This document shows, piece by piece, positions 38,144-50,239 of a stretch of DNA of 64,000 bases (position 1 is the stretch's first letter; each line of letters begins with the position of its first letter). The translations under genes were made by a program, and so were the position numbers. The stretch lies in contig NC_086384.1 of assembly GCF_036588685.1 (NCBI RefSeq), forward strand, positions 10,230,001 through 10,294,000, written 5' to 3'. This stretch comes from Mytilus trossulus (Eukaryota). The notes beneath the pieces are model-generated. The model did not search any database. It was not told where the DNA came from and worked only from the letters and a program-made list of their open reading frames with translations.

Positions 38144-38398
38144 CCACCGACCGTCGGTAGGATAACTGACAATTCAAGTCAAATTCTTGCCAACTTTCAT
38201 GGTGTGATCAATGTCAAATAATGCAATGATTGACGTTACCGGAATACATATACTTGCCCCTGGTTTTTAATAGGGTTCGTGTTACTCAGTCTACAGTTGT
38301 CTTTGTTGTTTTATGTGTACTGTTGTACTGTTGCGTGTCTTTGGTCGATTTTCGTGTTTTGCCATGCTAGTGTCAGTTTCTTTTTGTTATGAGTTTAA

Positions 38399-38814
38399 GG
38401 TGGTATGGGAGTCTAAAATAAAAATGATAGAAATGTGTTCATACTTTGACCAGAACGTAGTATCTATTGAAACATGTTGAAAAATATAATAAAAAAGATA
38501 GGGTCACCGTACGTTTTTTCCGGCTTAATTACAAAATAGGAAAATTCCATGTAGATTCCGTCAGAAAATGTACTGTTTTAGAGTTACCTCCCCTTAAGGT
38601 ACCAATTTATTTTTTTTTAAACCAAAAATGATTAACATTGGCAAAAATAATTATACTTATAATAAGTTATATTCATATAAATTGGTTCTGATACATGAAA
38701 ATTCACATTAAATATCTACATTCCTGCATAAAATTTTGCTAACTTAATGGAAAATCTGGACCTTTGGTTCTCTGTCTTTTACAATCCAAGATGGAGGAAG
38801 ACACCCATACCACC
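38399..38814. mobile_element. MITE with TTAA TSD (Kolobok-like), nested in a Penelope-derived tail
   Basis: TTAA at 38395-38398 and 38815-38818; TIR GGTGGTATGGGAGTCT / AGACACCCATACCACC. Confidence 0.9.
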
Positions 38815-40392
38815 TTAAATATTCCTTTGGTGTCATTCAAATCTCTTTGTATGATTTGCTAGAATATATTTTAAACGGTAGCTGACTATAAAGGGCGTAA
38901 GTGCAGGACTCAAATTTTATAATTTAGATGAACCATTAGCATTCAGTTTGTTAAGAACTAAGATGTGACACTCCAGTGTAGACAATATATATTATCTTAT
39001 TTTACAAATCATAGGCCCTTGTCGGACAAGATACATACATACTAACACAATGATTATTATACAAATATATCATGCTTATAAGGGGTATTTGCCAAAAATA
39101 CCGGTTGAGCCGTTAGGCGAGGGAAATTTGATTACCTCGAAACCGGTATTTTTGGCATATATCCCTTGTAAGCATGATATAATTGTTTAATTCCACCGAA
39201 TGTTTCACCTCAGAAAGTTTATTATAATCAGGTATTATATGAAATTTCGACTTGGATGTATATTTTTTGTATATACACTGTAGCTGTACTATTTGCGCAG
39301 TCAAATTGCATTGACCGTATAATCATTTCTTATCATTTTTTTAATGTACAGTCATGGTATTTGCTAGCTAAGGGTATTTCCCATCTGCCATGGTATTTGC
39401 TAATACCCCGACACATGGAAGTCCCTAATGGCAAATACCCCGGCAGATACAAGAAAATCTCAATATATAGAAATTGGTGAAAAATACCATGTTTCTCATC
39501 CAATCAAAATACAGCATTATTACATAAGGTGGAATTATATAAAAAATGCAAGCTTTTAGTGAAATAATTTATACACAATACACAAAGAAATGCAGTGAAA
39601 ATATGAGCAATGTAGCATATTATATCGTTAGAAAGCATTAAGTGTGGTCTTTTTTTTTTTGGTAAAAGAAATTGATATCAACTTTGTCAACAGGATATAA
39701 TAGAACAATAAATACAGTTTCTCATTGTTTCGTAATTCTCCAAATGAAAAGTTCACAACAACGAAGGACTTTAAATCACAACAATGCAAAGGCCTTCAAG
39801 GGGAAGTCATTCAAAAATATTTATATATATTATGAGATTATCCCCAATAGCGGTTCTCCTTATGACTATAATGCATATATCAAGTGAATAGAACGTACAA
39901 ATTCACTCGCATATACATAATTTTGTAATATGTGATAATACAGTCGATTAATTATGACTAATTAGGCATACATTACGGTACATATTAAAGATGTAGTCAC
40001 AAAACTAAATAAGAACTATAATTGAAGGAATATTATTTGAATTTTTGTAGTCCCTCGACTCCATATTCTAGTTTGTCAAAGTAAACATTAATTAAACATT
40101 GCAACAATGATGAGGTGAATTTATAGGGCTATGATGTGAAATAACATCTTTTTATTAAAATGTTGTCATTTTAAAAAAGCTATCATAGCTATCTACTGCG
40201 TACACTAATGTTTAAAAGCAAGCTTTCCTGTTATTTTTCAACTCTGTTTATGTCAAAATATCAAATGTCTTATAACATAGTCATAAAATCTATTGTATGT
40301 GGATAATAATTCAAGAAGTATAATTTCCTAACAGGTTTCAATTTTGAAAGGAATTTCAAGTTTTTGGTAAGTTAACAAATAGTTAACACTTA

Positions 40393-41616
40393 TTATGACA
40401 ACTGACGGCCCCTCAATAAAATCAACACAGCTACAATTTCGCATACGAATTCCAAGCCCAACACAACTATACAGAATCGATCTATAATCTGTACGATTTC
40501 TTTCCAGCCCATATTGTTACCAGGTAAAGAGGGCAACGGCGTTTGACTTGTCTGCTCGTCTTTAACTTTTCCCTTATGTCTACATATCTGAGCACATGTA
40601 AACCATTTCAACAGTGACTTCTTTTCAAAATCATCATGTCGGTAATATAAAGTTATTGTTATTATAGCCATCACAGTTGTCAGGACACTGATTACGACTT
40701 TCAGTAACAAAATCACGATAACAATACTGATTTCGCTACTCTCAGGAAGATTTTCATCAACCATTGTCATTATAACTACAAATGTTAGAAACAATGTCAC
40801 CGCAAGTGAAATCCTTTCTCCGGATTCTATTGGTAAACAAAACACAAATATATTGACAAAACCTACCAGCAATACAGGAAGGACAAGACTAACGAATAGA
40901 AATAAAGGTTTTCGTTCAAGTTTGATTTGCAGGTTATACGTTGCTCGATTATATTCATCTTGTACAGCGGTAACATTTGTAATGTCCCACCCGTCATGTG
41001 GCGTAAATCCTTGCAATGCTGGCTTAGTTTGGTCGCCATAGGTGTAGTCTCCAATGTATACTTGATTTTCCTCAAAATACAATTCAATCGTGCACACGTG
41101 GGAATCAAAAGGGAAGTAGTACATGCTTGTAATGCAAATGGCTTCCACTATACCACCAGCTTTAACATAGGCATGACCATCAGGCAAATGACTAACATAA
41201 GTAGTCTTTTGGTCCAAGCGATCATCGAAAGAAAAAATGGACCGTTTTTCTACCGTATTCCTTATCATCATTTTCGGTAACCAAACCTCGTCAACTGGGA
41301 AACGAACTACATATATGTCGTTTTCAGTTACATTCCATTTTATAAGATGGTCATTCCACATCAACTTGAAGCGTACAATTACTGAAAATGTTCCAACGTT
41401 TTCATTAAAATCTAATAAAAGATCAATGTACGGGGAAACTTTGACAATTACTTCATCAGATATACTTTTTCTTGGTATGATCTGGTTAGAATACTTTTCC
41501 ATGAGGGTGCTTTTTAGTTGTCGCACTTTCTGATATTCGTCCAATTCTTGTAAATTAGCCAAACAACCAAACACTTGATACGTGAATACTACAAGGAACC
41601 AAACTATCTTTGCCAT
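40393..41616 (-). CDS. Intronless Cys-loop ligand-gated ion channel, divergent non-alpha nAChR-like subunit, 407 aa
   Basis: Signal peptide, WND..IKW, VWLP, Cys loop C-ITSMYYFPFDSHV-C, pre-M1 LERKP, M1-M2 linker SGERISL, four TM segments, no vicinal Cys. Confidence 0.93.
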   Translation of the reverse strand: MAKIVWFLVVFTYQVFGCLANLQELDEYQKVRQLKSTLMEKYSNQIIPRKSISDEVIVKVSPYIDLLLDFNENVGTFSVIVRFKLMWNDHLIKWNVTENDIYVVRFPVDEVWLPKMMIRNTVEKRSIFSFDDRLDQKTTYVSHLPDGHAYVKAGGIVEAICITSMYYFPFDSHVCTIELYFEENQVYIGDYTYGDQTKPALQGFTPHDGWDITNVTAVQDEYNRATYNLQIKLERKPLFLFVSLVLPVLLVGFVNIFVFCLPIESGERISLAVTLFLTFVVIMTMVDENLPESSEISIVIVILLLKVVISVLTTVMAIITITLYYRHDDFEKKSLLKWFTCAQICRHKGKVKDEQTSQTPLPSLPGNNMGWKEIVQIIDRFCIVVLGLEFVCEIVAVLILLRGRQLS

Positions 41617-41974
41617 ATTTAGTTCAAAATACTATCTTTAGTGAATGCGTTGTACGCTCTAATGACTGTTATCTTCTGGTTTAAAAGAAAGAAAAAAATG
41701 TTAAACAAGTGTTACACACTTATCTAGCTTTCCTCTTGTTAAGTATTGCAAAAAAAATTAAATCAGCGAATATGACTCAAAATGTTAAGGTAACTTAATA
41801 AAAACCATCTGTCAAGAAATCTATGTATGGTGGCAAATATCTACCCCTACTTGTCACTTAGTTTTATCGTCTTAAGTAATCAAGAATAGTCCTTAAATAA
41901 TCTAGAATTTTCTAAATATACTGCCAAAATTTACTCAAAGGAACTTACTTTTAATAAATCGAATTAAACAGTTC

Positions 41975-43055
41975 TTTCCTAGATTTAGATATTTCAATTT
42001 TACACAGGAAACTCCACACTAAAATTAACGACAAAAGGGACGATTTTGTTTCGAACATAGTGTTAATATTTTCTTTTTAGATGGTGATTTTGTTTTTGTT
42101 CTACATTGCTAATTTTTCTTTTTTGGAAGGTGATATATTGTCGTTCTATACTCGTCATTTTTCCCTTTTGGATGGTATTTTTTTGGCATCATCTTACAGT
42201 GTTTATATTTCACAAATCGTTTGCTATGCCCATGTCGGTTGTGATGGTTTTGGTTTTAACGAACGTAATTTATGTATTACTGGCAAATTATTAAACCAGG
42301 GATTTCGTTACCACAAATTACATAAAACCTTTACTCAATTCTTCCACAGATATAAAGATTTGGTTTTGAAGTTTGATTGTGTCTATAGAAAACTTATTTT
42401 AAACGGATAATACATCCTCATTTTACGGAAATATTGTTGATCTTAACGATCTTTTAAATGAACTTATTCTAAAAGGTTACCAATTCAACACTATTATTAG
42501 ATAATTGAACATTGTTTTTATTGGTATTTATATTGATTTTGTTATCAGTAAATTCAAAGCAAACTAAATATTATTGTTACATACTATATACGCATTCATG
42601 GATCTGCAATATGTCGATACCTGTATCTTTTCATTACACAATGTCATGTTTTTCTCTGACTCTTTATGAAATTTTTACACTAAACCCATTATATGTTGGA
42701 TGTCTACTGACTGCTATTTTTTCCTAGATGCATGCTTTTTTAATAGCTGTAAGTGGCTTTGAATTAGCTGTCAGTAACTGCGAGTACTCTCAGATCTGTA
42801 CCTAGTGTCTTTTTTGTTGTTGGAATATACAAGTTCCCGAACACATCCATTGTGTGTAGTATTTCTCTTTCTATCCAGCTGATGAGTTTTCTCGTTTGAA
42901 TTGACATTTTTCATTTTGGAGCCTTTATAGCTGACTATGCGGTATGGGTTTTGCTCGTTGTTGAAGACCATACGGTGACCTAATTGTTAATTTCTGTATC
43001 ATTTTGTCTCTTGTGGATAGTTGTCTCATTGGCAATCATCAACATCTTCTTTTTT
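41975..43055 (+). mobile_element. Degenerate Penelope-like element 3' part (RT C-terminus + 3' UTR)
   Basis: FLDLDI-like and DKRDDF remnants, SYSVYISQIVCYA, KLLNQGF (homologous to 50517-51130), then a UTR ending in the GGCAATCA..CATCTTCTTTTT repeat. Confidence 0.8.
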
Positions 43056-43174
43056 TTTAAATTTTAATCAGCTAAATAGTTCGACCTGTAAGTTAACATG
43101 GTTGTCAGATAATATACAAAATATTTTGTAGAAAATAAGAACATATTTTAAGAGTTTTTGCCTATTTCATGACA

Positions 43175-43503
43175 TGTAAATAGTTATCAAAAGTACCAGG
43201 ATTATAATTTTATACGCCAGACGCGCGTTTCGTCTACATAAGACTCATCAGTGACGCTCAGATCAAAATAGTTAAAAAGCCAAACAAATACAAAGTTGAA
43301 GAGCATTGAGGACCCAAAATTCCAAAAAGTTGTGCCAAATACGGCTAAGGTAATCTACTCCTGGGGTAAGAAAATCCTTAGTTTTTCTAATAATTAAAAG
43401 TTTTGTAAACAGAAAATTTGTAAAAATGACCATATAATTGATATTCATGTCAACACCGAAGTGCTGACTACTGGGCTGGTGATACCCTGGGGGACGAAAC
43501 GTC
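43175..43503 (-). mobile_element. Best-preserved retrozyme-like element (~330 nt of a ~350-nt monomer)
   Basis: Intact hammerhead, cUUCGg hairpin (43449-43468), no ORF, homologous copies elsewhere in the window. Confidence 0.85.
43214..43257 (-). ncRNA. Minimal type I hammerhead ribozyme; predicted cleavage after GUC, between 43220 and 43219
   Basis: GCGUCA CUGAUGA GUCU-UAUGU-AGAC GAAA C-GCGC-G UC^UGGCGU: complete catalytic core, 6-bp helix I, 4-bp helix II, 2-bp helix III with a palindromic loop. Confidence 0.88.
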
Positions 43504-44329
43504 GTAAAAACACACTTATATATCTGACAAGTTAAAAGTGAAAAGTAAACTTAATCAAGTGAAAAGTAGACTTAATTATGTGACAAGTCGACTTATGTAT
43601 CTGACAAGTCGACTTATGTATTTGACAAGACTTAGTTGACTTGCGTATCTGACAAGTTTACTTGTCACATAATTTTAATTAAAGCTATTTTTTTTAAAAG
43701 AGACAAGCATTTTCATTTAATTAAAGTTTAGGACAGAAAAATATCAACTTTCCTGGATAAAACAGCATTGAAGTTCTATAACAAAGATAGATATCTATCT
43801 CAGGGATTCATCAGGGGACTTATATTCTCCCTCACTACGCCGGCCTTGTTATTATGTATGTATTTGATATACAAATGAACGTACGACGAACTAAATTTTA
43901 TCAATGCGTTGAACACATTCACACTAGGAATGCAAAGGATTGTTTGAGAAAATGGATATTTTGTATGTCAGGATAATAATGAAACTAGAAACAAATATCA
44001 GTTTTGCTAATTTGTATGTTTTTACAAATCTCAGGGTAGAAGAACAATCAAAATAATAACTTTCATCTTTGAACTTAATACAATTTAATAATAACTAGTG
44101 ATTTTTTTAAACGATCATTAAAACTTCAAGGGAATGAAATAATGAAATGTAATGGAGAACTCCATAGTTCTGAAATTAATTTCTATAAATAACATGTTAT
44201 GACCATAATCCATTGAATATGCCATTTTACAAAATAACAGAAATATTAAGGGCAATTTGTATGGTCACGGCAACAAAATGTGAACGGACTGATCTAACAT
44301 TCATGTAAAAGTAACGTTTTCCGGATACC

Positions 44330-45107
44330 TTTTTAGCTCACCTGGCCCAAAGGGCCAAGTGAGCTTTTCTCATCACTTTGCGTCCGGCGTCCGTCGTCCG
44401 TCGTCCGTCGTCCGTCGTCGTCCGGCGTTAGCTTTTACAAAAATCTTCTCCTCTGAAACTACTGGGCCAAATCAAACCAAACTTAGCCACAATCATCATT
44501 GGGGTATCTAGTTTAAAAAATGTGTGGCGTGACCCGGTCAAGCAACCAAGATGGCCGCCACGGCTAAAAATAGAACATAGGGGTAAAATGCAGTTTTTGG
44601 CTTATAACTCAAAAACCAAAGCATTTTGAGGAAATCTGACATGGGATAAAAATGTTTATCAGGTCAAGATCTATCTGCCCTGAAATTTTCAGTTGAATCA
44701 GTAATCACTGAATTGGTAATTTTGAGGAAATTTTGTTGTTTTTGGTTATTATCTTGAATATTATTATAGATAGAGATAAACTGTAACCATCAATTATGTT
44801 CAGCGAAGTAACATGACCTAAATGGTCAATTGACCCCTTAAGGAGTTATTGCCCTTTATAGTCAATTTTTAACAATTTTCATTAATTTGGTAATTTATGT
44901 TAATTGTTACCAAATATAGTTCTCTGTTACTAATGGGCAAAGTTCATTATAGATATAATTGTAAGAAGCAAAATCTTTCAGTAAAGTAAGAAATTCAAAC
45001 ACATCACCATCACCAAAATACAATTTTGTCATGAATCCATTTGTGTCCTTTGTTTAATATGCAAATAGACCAAGGTGAGCGACACAGGCTCTTTAGAGCC
45101 TCTAGTT
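44330..45107 (+). mobile_element. Helentron-associated non-autonomous element (HINE / DINE-1 / pearl-like)
   Basis: Starts TTTTAGCTCACCTG with a 5' hairpin and (CGTC)n microsatellite; subterminal IR AGGTGAGC, 3' palindrome AGGCTCTTTAGAGCCT, ends TAGTT. Confidence 0.85.
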
Positions 45108-46178
45108 ACTTAATGCTAGCTCAGCCACGAAATAACCAAATAAACCCAGGTTCTTTACATAAACTATGAAGACCAGTTCTGCCCTGGACACCTTGTCAAA
45201 CTAGGGGACAATTGTCTACAACAACCGACATAAGGGACAATTCTCTGGGAGGACAAAGCTAATACTTGACCAATTTGAAATCTAAATCATTTGGTTTTAC
45301 CAATGAAATTTCTTAATCTTTTTCAAACAATGAAATTATAATTGAAATTTCTCATTGTGATATTTTTAGCTGAGATATTGTCAATTATTGATGCCACAAA
45401 CCCTTTTAACTAGTTTTTTCTATACTTCTATTCAACATTTTATTTAAAGATAAACTAAAACACATTTAAAACGTCAAAAAACGTATAACTAAGACTAATA
45501 AGACAAGGACGAAAAAACTCAACGAACAAAAACTTGCTGACAACGACGAATTTAAAGAAGTTGATGACCAAAAAAACAAACAAAGTCGTATTTCTGACAA
45601 AGTACGGGGAATATTATTGTTAATCTTAAACTTGTTAAATATGTAAGTGACTGCTTAATTCGGTCCAATCATTCATTATTGTAACTCCTGACCTGGTTGT
45701 AGCAAATACAAAAGGAACAAAGCCATAATCCTTTATCACAGAGATATATCAAAACGGTCAACAAAATCATAGGAGCGTCTTTAAAGGTACAACGAAAACT
45801 TTACTATGAAGTGTTGGTTCAAAAACGTCCTTGTTAGCAGAACTTGCTATTTTATAGGCATGTTCGGACAATTGATGTTTAGAATATATTATCAAAACGT
45901 TCTGCATATGTAGTCGCTACTGGATTGTGGCTACATAGAAATTGTAAATCATAATGGTAAAATTGAAATCGTATGTGCTTTTACAATCACTTTTATTGTC
46001 ATTTCTTGTAGATGTTCGTCAAGTTACGAGACAGACTAAACTGTATATTTAAAGGCAGCAGAAGTATACGCTTTTAATAAGTCATAAATTGATTAAGCTA
46101 AAACAAATCCGAGTCACAAACCAAAACGGAGGGAACACATCACACATAAGAGGAAAACAACGGAACAACAGAAATACG

Positions 46179-46507
46179 TTTTAGAATTTTGGATCCTCAA
46201 TGCTCCCTTAATTTGGACTTGTTTGATTTAATTGCTATTTTGATATAAACGTCACTGAAGAGTCAGTCTTATGTAGAAGAAACGCACGTCTGGCTTACTT
46301 AAATATAATCCTGGTACCTTTGATAACGATTTACACAATTGGGCTGATGCCACTGCTGGTGGTCAGCACTTCCTTGTTGACATGTATATCAATTATGTGG
46401 TCATTTTTATAAAATTCCTGTTTACACAATATTGATTTTTTCCCCAAAACTAAGGATTTTCTTTCCCCTGGCATAAAGTTCCTTTGCCGTATTTGGCACA
46501 ACTTTTT
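46179..46507 (+). mobile_element. Degenerate retrozyme-like monomer, third circular permutation
   Basis: Begins TTTTAGAATTTTGGATCCTC and ends GGCACAACTTTT. These two segments are contiguous in the 43175 copy. Confidence 0.75.
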
Positions 46508-49500
46508 ATATATGTTTCAAAATTTTATTTCATTCTTATTGCATTGATGCTTTTAATGTTTAACACCTTTTTTTTTACTGCATTGATAGTTTTATGTTAA
46601 GCGCTTAGTGTAATTTTTAATTAGATAATGCGCTATATAAATATTGTAAATAATAATAAATAATAATAATAATAATAACGTGCAGAGATTGGATTTGATC
46701 ATTTTCAAGCAAGAAATCAATTTTGTTTGGTTGAGTCATATAACATATAATCATACTTTCTAAATTAAAACATATTCTTATTTACTTAAAACTTGCTGAC
46801 TTGTATATAAAGAAATCATTAATTAAAATACTTTGCCCTGTTCAATAAATTAAAGAAAATGAAGACAAAATGCAAAAAATGAAATCAACTTGCCTGGAGG
46901 AAAACAGCATGAAAGTGTGATAATATTTTGTATACCTTCAACTTTATAATTGTTTTTTCCATTATCGATATTGTATGATTATGTGTAAATTGATTTTAGT
47001 TTTAAAAGAACAATATCTAACTATTCATCTTTCCATCAGTTTATTGCAAACGGTCACCAGGGGACAGGTGGATTTTAACAAATTTTCACTTGAATAAATG
47101 GCAACGTTTTTTTTTATTGAATTGTTAAGTTAAATGTCAGGTTAATAACCCGGTTTATTAAACCATGGAGTCAACATACTACTTTTTCAACCTATACCTT
47201 CATTTAGCTAAAGAAAATGAGAAAAAAAAGAAAGAAATGCATTTAATATGATGGAGTTGGTTGAATGTTTAACCAACGATTTAAAAATTAAAATCAGTGA
47301 ATAGCTAGAAAAAAATCATATCACAAATATACTGAACTCCGATAAAATTTCAAATTTAAAAGAAAAGTCTATAATTAAATGACAAAATCAAAAGCTCAAA
47401 CACATCAAACGAATGGATAACAACTGCCATATTCCTGATTTGATACAGGCATTTTTTTATGTAGAAAATGGCTTTAAAGCTAGCCAATTGAAATTATCAC
47501 TGCATCAAATTCCATTATATTGACAATGATGTGTGTACAAAACAAACATACCGAATATGTAATAATTTCAAAAATAAGCGTACAGCAGTCAAAATTGTAG
47601 ACATCTTATGTAGACGAAACGCGCGACTGGCGTACTAAATTATAATCCTGATTACTTTGCTAACTATTATTGTGTTATAATCTTAATCTCTATAAAACAT
47701 ACAAATATGTAAAGACGGACAAAATGGCATATTAGCAAAAAAATAAAGACAAGAATACACAAATTGACCGTAGTAATGTAGTAGTGTCATTTTAAAGTCA
47801 ATAAGATAAAAGTGAAAATATCTCTAAAGTACTTCAAATTAATTGTATTTATCATAAACTTTTTAATTTTGATAAAGGAATATTATTATTTAAATTCTTA
47901 TCTACACTTTACTTTTTATCTTCATTTCATGAATAATCAAAAAGGCTCTTAGTTAAATTACGTATCTGATGGGTCATTGTGTTCCCGGATTTCGCGGTCA
48001 ATTTATTCTTTGTATTGACCAGGTAGATTTGAACGAGATTGAAGTAACTTTTTATACTGACAATGACTTTTTAACTTTGTTCTTTTCGTTGTAGTATATG
48101 CCTTTTAATTATGATAATTATTTTTTTTAACTTTTCTGTTCTTTTTTTTGTTTTATATGTGTTTCAAAATTTTATTTTATTCTTATTGCATTGATTGTTT
48201 TAATGTTTAACACCTCTTTTTTTACTGCATTGATTGTTTTATGTTAAGCGCTTAGAGTAAATCTCAAAATACTTTGCCCTGTTCAATAAATTAAAGAAAA
48301 TGAAGACAAAATGCAAAAAAATAAAATCAACTTGCCTGGAAGAAAACAGCATAAAAGTGTGATAATATTTTGCATACCTTCAACTTTATAATTGTTTTTT
48401 TCCATTATCGATATTGTATGATTATGTGTAAATTGATTTTAGTTTTAAAAGAACAATATCTAACTATTCATCTTTCCATCAGTTTATTGCAAACGGTCAC
48501 CAGGGGACAGGTGGATTTTAACAAATTTTCACTTGAATAAATGGCAACGTTTTTTTTTATTGAATTGTTAAGTTAAATGTCAGGTTAATAACCCGGTTTA
48601 TTAAACCATGGAGTCAACATACTACTTTTTCAACCTATACCTTCATTTAGCTAAAGAAAATGAAAAAAAAGAAAGAAATGCATTAAAATATGATGGAGTT
48701 GGTTGAATGTTTAACCAACGATTTAAATATTAAAATCAGTGAATAGCTAGAAAAAAATCATATCACAAATATACTGAACTCCGATAAAATTTAAATTTAA
48801 AAAAAAAAGTCTATAATTAAATGGCAAAATCAAAAGCTCAAACACATCAAACGAATGGATAACAACTGCCATATTCCTGATTTGATACAGGCATTTTTTT
48901 ATGTAGAAAAAGGTGACTTAAACTTGGGTTTAAAGCTAGCCAATTGAAATTATCACTGCATCAAATTCCATTATATTGACAATGATTTGTGTACAAAACA
49001 AACATAACGCATATGTAATAATTTCAAAAATAAGCGTACAGCAGTCAAAATTGTAGACATCTTATGTAGACGAAACGCGCGACTGGCGTACTAAATTATA
49101 ATCCTGATACCTTTGCTAACTATTATTGTGTTATAATCTTAATCTCTATAAAACATACAAATATGTAAAGACGGACAAAATGGAATATTAGCAAAAAAAT
49201 AAAGACAAGAATACACAAATTGACTGTAGTAATGTTGTAGTGTCATTTTAACGTCAATTAGATAAAAGTAAAAATATCTCTAAAGTACTTCAAATAAATT
49301 GTATTTATCATAAACTCTTGAATTTAAATAAACATGATAAAGGAATATTATTATTTAAATTCAAATCTACACTTTACTTTTTATCTTCATTTCATGAATA
49401 ATCAAAAAGGCTCTTAGTTAAATTACGTATCTGATGGGTCATTGTGTTCCCGGATTTCGCGGTCAATTTATACTTTGTATTGACCAGGTAGATTTGAACG

Positions 49501-49508
49501 AGATTGAA
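46503..49508. repeat. Local tandem duplication (~46503-48043 and ~48150-49508)
   Basis: Collinear near-identical blocks; copy 2 lacks ~46612-46825. Both contain a partial hammerhead fragment (~47603, ~49060). Confidence 0.92.
46510..46678 (+). mobile_element. L2/CR1-type LINE or SINE 3' end with (AAT)n tail
   Basis: GTTAAGCGCTTAG...TGCGCTATATAAAT followed by (AAT)n. Confidence 0.6.
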
Positions 49509-50239
49509 AATTACAGTCGCATGATGATACAATAGCGGGGTGTATAAGTACAGAGCAACATCATATATTATAAAAGAAACACAAAAGGGCATAGCACACC
49601 AGCAAACCAGCAAAAACGAAGGACAAGAAAAACAAAAGCAGTGTACTAGACAGAATAATGGGATGCAAATATATGAACACAGTATCATCTATGGACAGGA
49701 TGTAGGATAAAAAAATGTACATGTAAAGGGATCGATATATATGAAGTTATGTTGATATTTTTGAAAAACAAAATGAATTTTGATTCCAATAAATAAAGGC
49801 AACAGTAGTATACCGCTGTTCAAAATTCATAAATTGATAAAGAAAAAACAAATCCGGGTTACAAACTAAAACTGAGGTTAACGTATCAAATATAAGAGAA
49901 CTACGACACAACAGATTGAGACACAACACCGGAATGTAACACACACACAGAAACGAACTGTAATGTAACTACATTTAAAATATTTCACAACTGCGTTAAA
50001 TGATAACCTTTAAGAAAACGTGTTTTCAAACATCTGCCAAAGGATCGATTATTTGACATGGGTCGTATCTAATTTTACGGGTTTTATAAACTACAATAGT
50101 GTAAAAAGTAGAATTTGATATCCCGTTTTCATAAGAAATCTTCAGGTACAAACAATCTTTCCACCGAAATACTTGTATCTATAAAATAATTTGGTTAAAA
50201 CTTTTTTCAGCTATGTATGAATTATGTTCATTAGTATCT

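Noticed and set aside
45150-45960. Possible decayed coding sequence
   Set aside because: There is no sustained ORF or motif that I can recognise.
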